A stretch of 64,000 nt of DNA, taken from an uncultured bacterium (GTDB taxonomy: Bacteria > Joyebacterota > Joyebacteria > Joyebacterales > Joyebacteraceae). Made by a program: the position numbers and the translations under genes. The notes beneath the pieces are model-generated. The model did not search any database. It was not told the DNA's origin and was given only the letters and a program-made list of their open reading frames with translations. Below, in pieces: positions 1 to 11,045 of this stretch (positions are counted from its first letter, which is position 1; each line of letters begins with the position of its first letter). The DNA lies in contig CAYNQF010000001.1 in NCBI GenBank assembly GCA_964399265.1, forward strand, positions 1,195 to 65,194, given 5' to 3'.

Positions 1-1869
1 GGGCCAAACGTGCACTTCAATCAGAACACGTTCGTAGACGACCTGTGGACCCGGTACTACAGATGGGCTCTCTTCGCTGCGCCGTGGTTCCTCGACTACG
101 ATGTGAGCCCGAACCCGCCTCCGCGAGGCCGGCAGTTCACCTTCTCGCTGGACACCGAGTACCCGGGCCCGCACCCGTTCGACGGCGACTTCAGCGTGGG
201 CACATCGGCGTATGCCACTCTCATAGAGCAGGGCGACTACCAGCTGGCTTCGGGCGAGACGAGTCTGAAGGTCATCTCGGGCATCTCGACGACGGGAACG
301 TCCGGGAGCACGAGCTGGCAGGTGATAGCGCCGTGTGATGAGGCGCCGACGCCCGTGGTGCTTACCAACTACTCCTATGGTGTCGTGAGCGGGTCGTGCA
401 CGCACTACGCGAGTTACACCGATCAGATAGGCAATAACCCGAACGCGTCGGTGCAAGCCTCCTGGTATCCCAACACCATCGTCGTCGACATCGGGGGGAG
501 CGGGGACTACACGACCATCCAGCCCGCCATCAGTGCCGCGCCCTGTGAACACGACATCGTTCAGGTCGAGCCAGGGACGTACACCGGCACGCAGAACAGG
601 AACCTGGACTTCGGGACGAGGAACCTGACGCTCACGGCGACCGGCGGTCCCGGCGACACGTTCATCGACTGCGGGCTCTCGGGACGCGGCATCTATCTAC
701 ACGGCGGCCAGGACACGACGACGGTCATCAGCGGGTTCTCGATCGCCGCCGGGAAGCCCTCAGGAACGTTCACCTACGGTGGCGGCATCTTCTGTGACGG
801 CGCTTCGCCGAAGCTCTCGAACATGGCCATCGTCGAGTGCCAGGCCAACTACGGCGCGGGAATGGCGTGGATGGACGCCTCGCCGAGGCTCAGCGACGTT
901 CACTTCATACACAACACGGCGACCGACTACGGCGGAGGCATCTACGCGGTCAGGGACTCGATGGGGGGCAGGCTCGAGGACGTCTACTTTATGGACAACT
1001 CCGCCGGCGCGCTCGGCGGAGGTATCTACGACGTCTACAACACGTTCAGTCTCTACGACTGTTTCATCCATGGCAACTCGGCCGTGTTCGGGGGTGGGAT
1101 GTACATAGGGCGTTCGGCGCCCAACATCGTCCGCGCGCAGATCCAGTGGAACAGCGCGACCACCTCCGGCGGCGCGCTCTTTATCCCGTATGAGTCGGAG
1201 GCTGCGATCGCGCGGTCGAACATCATCCACAACACGACGGGCAACGCGAGCTACGGCGCCATTCAGAGCAACGACTCACAGCCCGTGATCTCGCAGTGCA
1301 TCATCGGGTACAACTGGGGCGGAGGAGGTGGGATCCGGTGCACAGGGACGAAGATGCCGACCACCTATCACAGCCTCTCGTATGCGAACGCCGGCGGAGA
1401 CAGCCTGTGCGGCACCCATCACGACAACCTCTTCCGCGACCCGTACTTCTGCGACGAGCCGGGCGAGGACCTCACGCTCCATTCCGACTCCCCGTGCCTG
1501 CCTTCCTACAACCCCTGGAGCGTTCAGATAGGCGTGTACGGTGACGGCGGATGCGGCTACGCCGGGGTCGACGAGGGAACGCAGGTGAGCGCGCTCTCCC
1601 TGAGCAGGCCCGCTCCGAATCCGACGCCCGGCAGCGTGTCGATAGACTACGAGGCTCCGAGGTCGTCCTCGTCGCTCCGCGTCGCCGTCTACGACCCGGC
1701 GGGACGGCTCGTGAAGGTCCTGACGGACGGCTCCCCGGACGCTTCCTCCGGGCGGCTAGTGTGGGACGGGACGGACTACAGAGGCAACGAGGTCGCCAGC
1801 GGCGTGTACTTCGTGCGCGCCACGTACGCGGGCGATACTGTGGCCCGCAAGCTTGTGGTGCTGAGGTAG
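1..1869 (+). CDS. 5'-partial secreted right-handed parallel beta-helix repeat protein with C-terminal T9SS/FlgD-Ig-like sorting domain (possible polysaccharide lyase-type fold)
   Basis: The ORF is in frame from the window edge with no upstream stop, so the N-terminus is missing. It carries repeated GGGIY / N-x-x-G beta-helix rungs. The C-terminal ~80 aa (LSRPAPNPTPGSVSIDY...VAVYDPAGRLVKVL...GVYFVRATYAGDTVARKLVVL) match the T9SS type-A CTD / FlgD Ig-like pattern. Confidence 0.65.
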   Translation, partial: GPNVHFNQNTFVDDLWTRYYRWALFAAPWFLDYDVSPNPPPRGRQFTFSLDTEYPGPHPFDGDFSVGTSAYATLIEQGDYQLASGETSLKVISGISTTGTSGSTSWQVIAPCDEAPTPVVLTNYSYGVVSGSCTHYASYTDQIGNNPNASVQASWYPNTIVVDIGGSGDYTTIQPAISAAPCEHDIVQVEPGTYTGTQNRNLDFGTRNLTLTATGGPGDTFIDCGLSGRGIYLHGGQDTTTVISGFSIAAGKPSGTFTYGGGIFCDGASPKLSNMAIVECQANYGAGMAWMDASPRLSDVHFIHNTATDYGGGIYAVRDSMGGRLEDVYFMDNSAGALGGGIYDVYNTFSLYDCFIHGNSAVFGGGMYIGRSAPNIVRAQIQWNSATTSGGALFIPYESEAAIARSNIIHNTTGNASYGAIQSNDSQPVISQCIIGYNWGGGGGIRCTGTKMPTTYHSLSYANAGGDSLCGTHHDNLFRDPYFCDEPGEDLTLHSDSPCLPSYNPWSVQIGVYGDGGCGYAGVDEGTQVSALSLSRPAPNPTPGSVSIDYEAPRSSSSLRVAVYDPAGRLVKVLTDGSPDASSGRLVWDGTDYRGNEVASGVYFVRATYAGDTVARKLVVLR

Positions 1870-1891
1870 AGGGCGCTTCGAGAGGTGTCCA

Positions 1892-3255
1892 ATGTGCGTT
1901 CCCAGAGGGGTTCGTGTCTCGGTCCTTGGCGGCCTGATCGCGTCGGCTGTGGTGTTGTCTCTCTCGCTATCCACGCGCGCGCAGAGCTCACATGAGCCGG
2001 CGCCCGGGAAGGACTATCCCGTGGTAGGTGAGGACGCGGCGTGGACGTGGTTCGGCGGCCCGAGGGCCGTGAGCTACGACGGCGAATTCCACAGAACGTA
2101 CACGGGGTGGATCTCCTCCAAGGGCGAGATCAAGATCGCCTCGATCGACCGGGACACGGGCGCGGTCGAGGTCAGCACGCTCTGGGTCGAGCAGGACGCT
2201 GACGACCACTCCAATCCGTCGATCCTCGTACGGCCGGACGGGCGCCTCATGGTCTTCTGCTCGCCCCATTGCTGGCGCGCGGTCCGCAACGCACAGGGTG
2301 GAAGAGTGGGCGGTATCTACTACCGCGTGTCGGAGCGTCCCGAGGACATCTCGTCGTGGGGGCCGCCGCAGGTCATGGACCAGAACGTGCCGGGCTCCTA
2401 CGGGTGGACGTACCCGAAGCCGGTGCAGCTGTCCGCTGAGAACGACAGGATCTACCTCTTCTGGAGGGGAGGGACCGGCAGCCCCATCCTCGCCATCTCG
2501 GACGACGGCGCCGAGTGGGTGTTGGGAGGGATCCTCATCGACACCGGTGAGAAGAGGCCGTACATGGTCATAGCCTCGAACGACGAGGACGAGATCCACA
2601 TAGCCTACACCCGCGCCCATCCCGACGAGAGTTCGGAGAACGGCATCTACTACCTCAAGTACCGTGACGGCGCGTTCGTCCGTGCCGACGGCAGCAAGAT
2701 CAAGGACATATGGGAGCTTCCGGCCGGCCCGAGTGAGTGCGACCTCGTCTACGACGGCTCGTCCTCCGGCAAGTCGTGGGTGTGGGACATAGCCTTCGAT
2801 GAGAACGGAGACCCGGTCATTGTCTACGCCGTCTTTCCGACAGAGGACGATCACCGCTACGAGTATGCCAGGTGGCGCGACGGTGAGTGGAAGACGACCG
2901 AACTCGTCGAGGGTGGACCGGCCTTCCCGCGCAGGGGAAATGGCGTCAGCCGTGAGCAGTACTACTCGGGCGGCATCGCGCTGGACCATTCCAACCCAGA
3001 CGTGGTCTTCCTCTCCAGGCTGGTCGACGGCGTCTATGAGATCGAGCGTTGGGAGACGACCGATCGTGGAGACACGTGGACCTCGCTGGCCGTCACCTCG
3101 GGCTCGACGTTCGACAACGTCCGTCCGGTCGTGCCGCTTCACCGATCTCCGGGAGATCCACTCGTCCTCTGGATGTCCGGCGTCTACTACAGGTACGACA
3201 TCTTCGGGACAGGCATCCGTCACATGCCGGACGGAGTGTCCGGGGTGGGTGAGTG

Positions 3256-3256
<1 letters not shown>
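1892..3256 (+). CDS. secreted BNR/sialidase-like beta-propeller protein (BNR_4-like)
   Basis: N-terminal signal peptide. A GAGAGGTG RBS sits 6 nt upstream of ATG 1892. Motifs HSNPSIL..DGRL recur like BNR_4-family blades. The stop overlaps the next start (TGATG). Confidence 0.5.
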
Positions 3257-5879
<2,623 letters not shown>

Positions 5880-5963
5880 GGACGGAACGACGAGCGGCCG
5901 CGCCGGAAGGTGAGGGGCGGTTCGCCACAGAGTGTCTGTCCAGCCCCGTCAGGGGCGTCGGAA

Positions 5964-6004
5964 GAAGAGGGGGGAAGGTCCTTCTTGGGCCATCCCCCCT
6001 CTTC
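5964..6004. terminator. bidirectional stem-loop in convergent gap (12-bp stem GAAGAGGGGGGA / TCCCCCCTCTTC with nested GAAGG/CCTTC)
   Basis: A perfect inverted repeat read directly from the sequence between the gdhA stop (5879) and the end of the minus-strand 1000-aa gene (6024). There is no clear U-tract. Confidence 0.45.
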
Positions 6005-6023
6005 ACGTTCTGCGGCGGTCGGG

Positions 6024-9000
6024 CTACTCGCTCGACGCGGCCGAGGCGATCGAGCGGCCGGGCTTGAGGACTATGCCGTGACCGGTCTTGCTGTTGATGG
6101 CGATCTCGAGCGGCTGGTCGAAACGGAGGTGACGTACGAACTCGGTCTCCCGCACCGCCGGCTGCGTGTCGAGCCAGCCGTGGTCGAGCATCGCCGAGGC
6201 GTCGTCGGGCGCGAGCGTGAAGTAGCCGATGCCGAACGAGGTGATGTTCTGGAAGAAGTGGGTGCCCTGCGACGGGTCGACCCTGATGTCCTCGAGCGGC
6301 GCCTCGACTATGCACTTCGTTCCGGAGATCTGTCCCCATTTTACGGGGATGCCGAGCCACGGGTCAGCGCTGCCCCAGCGACCCGGACCGATGAGAACGT
6401 ACGGATGCTCGCCCTTCAAGAGCGCGTTCATCTCGCCGATCTGGTCGGCTATCTGCTGGGTCTTCGAGCGGTCGAATGCCGGCGTCCTCACGTAGACGAT
6501 GTCGCGCACGCCTTCGATCAGCCCGTGCCCCAGCGCGCTCGCCGACACCGCCACCGCCGCCGCGGAGTCGACTCCCTCTACGTCGACGTCGTCGGTCGTG
6601 CCTCCGAATACGAGGGGGCGTATCTGGAGAAAGGCGAGGCTGTGTCTCTCGCTCTCGCCCTCGGCGAGGTTGACCGCGAACTCCATCTCGACGTGACAGG
6701 TGAACCCTGCCTTTCCGACCTCGAGCAGGAAGCGGAGCGCCTCAGGGAGCCGCACGACGTCGCCCGACAGGAGGCCCGCCATCGTGATGAGCGGGTTCCC
6801 GTCCTTGCGCAGTCCCTCGTAGACCCGGTCGTTAGCCGGGGAGTACGTCGAGGCGACCGGCGCCAGAGTCCCGTGTTCCTCAGCGACCTCCTTGCTCAGG
6901 AGAACGAGGTTACTCTCCGGCGCGTCGGACGGCGAGCCGACCGGACCCGGTAGCGAGAGGTCGAGAGCGTAAAACTCGCGTTGCGAGTTGTTGAGGTAGT
7001 CGCTGGTCGACGAGAACTGGTAGAGCCTGTTCGGGTGCGCAGGCGAGAACCGCACGGTCCTGCCGCCCTCGACGACCATCCTCCCGAGACCGAGCGCAAC
7101 CGAGGCGACGCCGTCCTCGGCCGACGCCCCCTTGACCGGATAGTAGTCATAGGAACGGGCCACGCCCGCCGCGTTCGGGTACAGGTAATCGCCGTGCCGG
7201 CGGCCCGCTATCTGCTGGATGATCACGGCCATTTTCTCTTCCTCGAGCCTGTTCGGCGTCGACTCTATGTAGCTCTTCGAGTCGGCCGAGTAGGTCGAGG
7301 CGTAGACCAGCCGCACCGCCCGCGACAGCTCATCGAGCCGGACCTCTATGTCCTCGTCCATGTTCGGGATCATGTAGGTGTCGTAGATGCCGGCGAACGG
7401 CTGGAACGAGGAATCCTCGAACAGACTGGAGGAACGCACGGCCAGCGGATAGCGTACGCGCTCGAGGAACGTCCGTAGCTCGTCGAGCGTGTCCTGCGGC
7501 AGCGGGGCGCGAAGGAATGCCTCCCGTATCTTGTCGTCGTCGGTCTCCGCCAACGCCCGCTGGGTGAGCCCCGACCTCTTCATGAACTCGTCGAAGACCC
7601 CCGTGGCGACCACGGCGCTTGGGGGAACCGAGATGTGTACACCATCGATTCTGTCCTCGATGTCGTAGGCGTTCAGCAGCGAGTTGATGAACGCGAGGCC
7701 GCGGCCCTTGCCGCCCAGCGAGCCGGTGCCTATGCGTGTGAACGAGGCGCCCGCCTCGAACGTGTCGCGCGAGAAGTCCTCCACCAGTCCGGCCCTCGTC
7801 TGGGTCCGGTAGTCCCTGACGCAGGAGATGAGATATTCGCGCATCTCCTGCGTCGAGCCGAACTCGTCGGTCGTCACGGGCCTTATGGCCTTGGCGATGT
7901 CGAATTCGGTCCGTGCCATGAGCCACGTCGAGAAGTCGTTTCGCGTGGCGTGGAGGACGAGCGACTCGTCGGGAACCCGCTCCAGCGCGTCCAGGAGCGA
8001 CTTCAGGTCGGTGGCGCGGGCGAGCTCGTTGCCCCGCTCATCGACGAATGTGAAGTCCCCGAACCCGAGGTGCTCGCGCATGAACCTGCGGACATCGTCC
8101 AGGAGCGTGGGTGAGGTCTTCTGGCAGAACGCGGCCCCGGCGTCGCCGGCCTCTATCGCGAGTTCCGCGTCCGACGACTGGACGAGCACCGGTGTGCGGG
8201 AGTCGGCCTCCTTGACCATCCTGGCGAACGCGATGCCGGCGCGCGGATACGACTTGCCTCCGCGCGGGAACTTGCCGTCTGCGATGACGCCCAGGAGGTG
8301 TTCGTGGGTCGCCTTGTAGATCTCCTCGGCGTCCTCATACGTCGAGGCGAGCAGGATCTTCGGGCGGGCGCGCATGCGCATGAGCTTCTGCATGCGGTTG
8401 ACACCCTCGGACATGAGCGCCTGCGTCTGCGCCATGATCTCGGCGTACAGCATGGGCAGGTACGATGAATAGAAGCGGACCGAATCCTCGATCAGGATGA
8501 TGCTCTTGACGCCTGCGAGATCGGCGTCGTGGTAGCTGTTCATCAGGTCCTCGGCCCACTTGATGATGGCTAGGAAGACCCTCGCGTCGCCGAGCCATAC
8601 GAAGATGCGGTCGATGCCGCCCCTGTCCGACCTCTCTTTGAGGAGCGACAGCTCGCGCGTGTCGTACGCCAGCAAGACAACGGGGATCTCGGGCGCGACC
8701 TCCCGTACCCGCCTGCTGAACTCGAAGACGTCCATCTCTCCGACGCGCGGCATCGTTATGATGAGGTCCGGGTTCGTGTCCGTTATCTCCTCGACGGCTT
8801 CCTCGGCCGTGGAGACGCGGACGATGGTGGGGGCGGACGAGAGGTTCAGCTCCTGGTACTCGGTGAAGAGCATCTCACCCAGGTTCCCGTCCTCCTGGAA
8901 GGTGAACGAGTCGTAGAGGCTCGAGACCAGCAGTATGCGCCTCACCCTCCACGGCATGAGGTCGGAGAACGGAACACGCTTACGCTCTATCCTGCCTGCC

Positions 9001-9026
9001 ACTTCCTCGAGCGGGCGATACCTCAA
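6024..9026 (-). CDS. tandem CheY-like receiver domains fused to PEP-synthase-like PPDK_N ATP-grasp domain; C-terminal region without recognisable phospho-His (SHAAI-type) mobile domain
   Basis: Two N-terminal receiver-like modules (LLVSSLYD..., IILIEDSVRF...). The PPDK_N hallmarks GGKGRGLAFIN and VRSSSLFEDS are present. TTG start at 9026 with an AGGAGG RBS 9 nt upstream. Confidence 0.7.
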   Translation of the reverse strand: MRYRPLEEVAGRIERKRVPFSDLMPWRVRRILLVSSLYDSFTFQEDGNLGEMLFTEYQELNLSSAPTIVRVSTAEEAVEEITDTNPDLIITMPRVGEMDVFEFSRRVREVAPEIPVVLLAYDTRELSLLKERSDRGGIDRIFVWLGDARVFLAIIKWAEDLMNSYHDADLAGVKSIILIEDSVRFYSSYLPMLYAEIMAQTQALMSEGVNRMQKLMRMRARPKILLASTYEDAEEIYKATHEHLLGVIADGKFPRGGKSYPRAGIAFARMVKEADSRTPVLVQSSDAELAIEAGDAGAAFCQKTSPTLLDDVRRFMREHLGFGDFTFVDERGNELARATDLKSLLDALERVPDESLVLHATRNDFSTWLMARTEFDIAKAIRPVTTDEFGSTQEMREYLISCVRDYRTQTRAGLVEDFSRDTFEAGASFTRIGTGSLGGKGRGLAFINSLLNAYDIEDRIDGVHISVPPSAVVATGVFDEFMKRSGLTQRALAETDDDKIREAFLRAPLPQDTLDELRTFLERVRYPLAVRSSSLFEDSSFQPFAGIYDTYMIPNMDEDIEVRLDELSRAVRLVYASTYSADSKSYIESTPNRLEEEKMAVIIQQIAGRRHGDYLYPNAAGVARSYDYYPVKGASAEDGVASVALGLGRMVVEGGRTVRFSPAHPNRLYQFSSTSDYLNNSQREFYALDLSLPGPVGSPSDAPESNLVLLSKEVAEEHGTLAPVASTYSPANDRVYEGLRKDGNPLITMAGLLSGDVVRLPEALRFLLEVGKAGFTCHVEMEFAVNLAEGESERHSLAFLQIRPLVFGGTTDDVDVEGVDSAAAVAVSASALGHGLIEGVRDIVYVRTPAFDRSKTQQIADQIGEMNALLKGEHPYVLIGPGRWGSADPWLGIPVKWGQISGTKCIVEAPLEDIRVDPSQGTHFFQNITSFGIGYFTLAPDDASAMLDHGWLDTQPAVRETEFVRHLRFDQPLEIAINSKTGHGIVLKPGRSIASAASSE

Positions 9027-9080
9027 GGCGGGAGACCTCCTGCGCGCCGCGCGGCGCGCGTGTGGCTCGCGGCTCAGAGC

Positions 9081-9110
9081 GGCTCGGCCCGGCGTTGGCC
9101 GGGCCGAGCC
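9081..9110 (-). terminator. perfect 13-bp GC stem (GGCTCGGCCCGGC / GCCGGGCCGAGCC) with 4-nt loop just downstream of transglutaminase-like gene B
   Basis: Read directly from the sequence. It sits between the stop of the 9120..11045 gene and the start of the 6024..9026 gene. An 18-bp GC palindrome lies at 9042..9059. Confidence 0.45.
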
Positions 9111-9119
9111 TGGTGTTAC

Positions 9120-11045
9120 CTAGACCTTCTTGAGCAGTATCAGGTTGTTTCTCGGAGCCGCGACACCGTCGGAAGCGGCCTTGAACGCCGCGTAGAGGTC
9201 GGTCGGGACCTGCATCTGCTTGATTACGACCTTCGCGCTCCAGGTGACCGTGTGCGTCTCCTTGTCCCACGAGCAGTCTATGCTCATGTCAGCGACGTCA
9301 CTCGTGGAGGATACCGCGTCGGGCAGCCTGACGACGTCGTAGCCCTCGGGTATGTCGAGGCTGACCGACAGGTCCGACTCGCTCTCGCACGGCATCTCGA
9401 ACGGATACCTGCGCTCGGCCAGCTTGGGATACATGTCGAACGACGCGAACTCGAACGGGAACCTGGGCACGCGCACGATCATCATGTCACCCTGCGGAAC
9501 CGCGAAGTCGGGGGCGTCAATAACCTGGCGAACCGTCACCGGAGCAGTGAGGTCGGCGAGGTCGGAGAGCGTCCGCTCGACGCTCTTCGCACCGGCGGAG
9601 ACGACGTTCGCATAACCGTCGAAGACCTTGCTCTCCTCGGAGTCGGTGGCGTCCTTGAGCGTCACGCGGGTCTTTCTGTCGAAGTACCCCGTCAACTCGC
9701 AGGCGGCCACGACGTCGGCCGAGCCATCGGGCGTGATCGCTATCTCCATCCACTTGTCGGCCTGGTTGTTCGCCGGCTCGAAGGCCGGGATCTTGACGAG
9801 TTCGCCCAAGCCTCCGTCCTTCACGACGAGAGCTGTATTCCCGTGGCCCCACCTCAGATACCCGTAGCGCACGTCGTCGAGCGACGGGTCGAGGAAATCG
9901 TATCCGCCCGCCGACGGGACAGCGACGAAGAGCCGGTCGAACTGCTTGAGCGTAGGCACGGATTCGACGAACCTGCCGCGCATCTGCTTGATCGCCGCCG
10001 GGTAGGCGTCTATGCCGGCCGCACGGAGCATACTGACCAGAAGGACCGCCTTGTCACGCGTGTCGCCGTACTTGTTCGCGAGCACGGTGGCAGCGTCGTT
10101 CGGCTCGTAGCCGCCCAGGCCGAGGGTCAGATAGACGTATCGAACGTTCTTCGCCACGTCCAGGAACAGCGTACGTATCTTGTCCGAGTCGGTCGTCGCG
10201 CCGGACGTCAGCTCCGCGACCCGCGCGGCGATCTCGCCGTCGGTCTGGACGTGCGGGTAGAAGACGTCCGCCATGAACGCGGCCGGATCATCCCACGATG
10301 TGTATGAGGAGAACATGACCGCGGGCAGAAGCTCGGACCGCGGCGGCATGTTGTCCTCCTCGACGAGGGCCGGCACGTCGTGCGTGGAGAACACCACGCT
10401 GCCGTCCTTTGCGTCCTCCTTGATCTCAACGTCGCCGAGCATCCCGGCCATCGTTGCGTATGTAGGCGTGTAGGCACCGGGCGGGTAGGAGAGCGTGAAC
10501 TCGGCGTTCAGAATGGGAGCCGTGCCGCCCATCGCCTCTATAGAGGAGAAGCTGCGGTCCGCGGCGGCCTTGGTGTTCTCGACCATCTGGAGGTCCATCG
10601 TGGAGCCCGGTCCTGCGACCGGGAACGAGATGACCTTCTCGAGGACGTTGGCGTAGATGGTTGCGCCCTCGAGGAACGACGGCGTGATGTCGTTGATGCC
10701 GTCCTCCTCTACGGGAACCTCTCTGCCCGACGATCTCACCGTGAGACCGTGAAGCATCTCGATCGTTGTGCGGTCGGTGTCGTAGTAGAACGACGGGTTG
10801 CTGTACTCCTCGCGCCCCATAAGGGTCAGGACGCGCGTGAGCCTGTTTCTCGTCGTCGTGAACGACCCGTCGTCGGCGACGTCGGTCATCTCCTGCAGGT
10901 AGAGAATGATGCCCGAGTCGTCCGGGTACTGCTCCTTGCCGGGCGCGTCCTTGATGAGCGCCTCGACGTCGACATTGCGCCACTGAGCGGCCGCAACCGA
11001 CGCCGCGAGGGCCAGGATGACGATCGCGCATAGTGCCTTCTTCAT
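9120..11045 (-). CDS. secreted DUF3857/transglutaminase-like family protein, catalytic Cys and His not conserved (likely inactive paralogue)
   Basis: Signal peptide MKKALCAIVILALAASVAAA. The core is GDTRDKAVLLVSMLRAAGIDA (Thr in the Cys position), with no His in the FxHG position but the Asp retained (YDFLDPS). The ATG follows the TAG of the upstream paralogue directly; AGGAGGG RBS. Confidence 0.7.
   Translation of the reverse strand: MKKALCAIVILALAASVAAAQWRNVDVEALIKDAPGKEQYPDDSGIILYLQEMTDVADDGSFTTTRNRLTRVLTLMGREEYSNPSFYYDTDRTTIEMLHGLTVRSSGREVPVEEDGINDITPSFLEGATIYANVLEKVISFPVAGPGSTMDLQMVENTKAAADRSFSSIEAMGGTAPILNAEFTLSYPPGAYTPTYATMAGMLGDVEIKEDAKDGSVVFSTHDVPALVEEDNMPPRSELLPAVMFSSYTSWDDPAAFMADVFYPHVQTDGEIAARVAELTSGATTDSDKIRTLFLDVAKNVRYVYLTLGLGGYEPNDAATVLANKYGDTRDKAVLLVSMLRAAGIDAYPAAIKQMRGRFVESVPTLKQFDRLFVAVPSAGGYDFLDPSLDDVRYGYLRWGHGNTALVVKDGGLGELVKIPAFEPANNQADKWMEIAITPDGSADVVAACELTGYFDRKTRVTLKDATDSEESKVFDGYANVVSAGAKSVERTLSDLADLTAPVTVRQVIDAPDFAVPQGDMMIVRVPRFPFEFASFDMYPKLAERRYPFEMPCESESDLSVSLDIPEGYDVVRLPDAVSSTSDVADMSIDCSWDKETHTVTWSAKVVIKQMQVPTDLYAAFKAASDGVAAPRNNLILLKKV

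Noticed and set aside
6024-9026. Calling this protein a plain phosphoenolpyruvate synthase
   Set aside because: It has two N-terminal receiver domains, and I could not find the phospho-His mobile domain or a PEP-binding TIM-barrel. Only the PPDK_N ATP-grasp part is supported.
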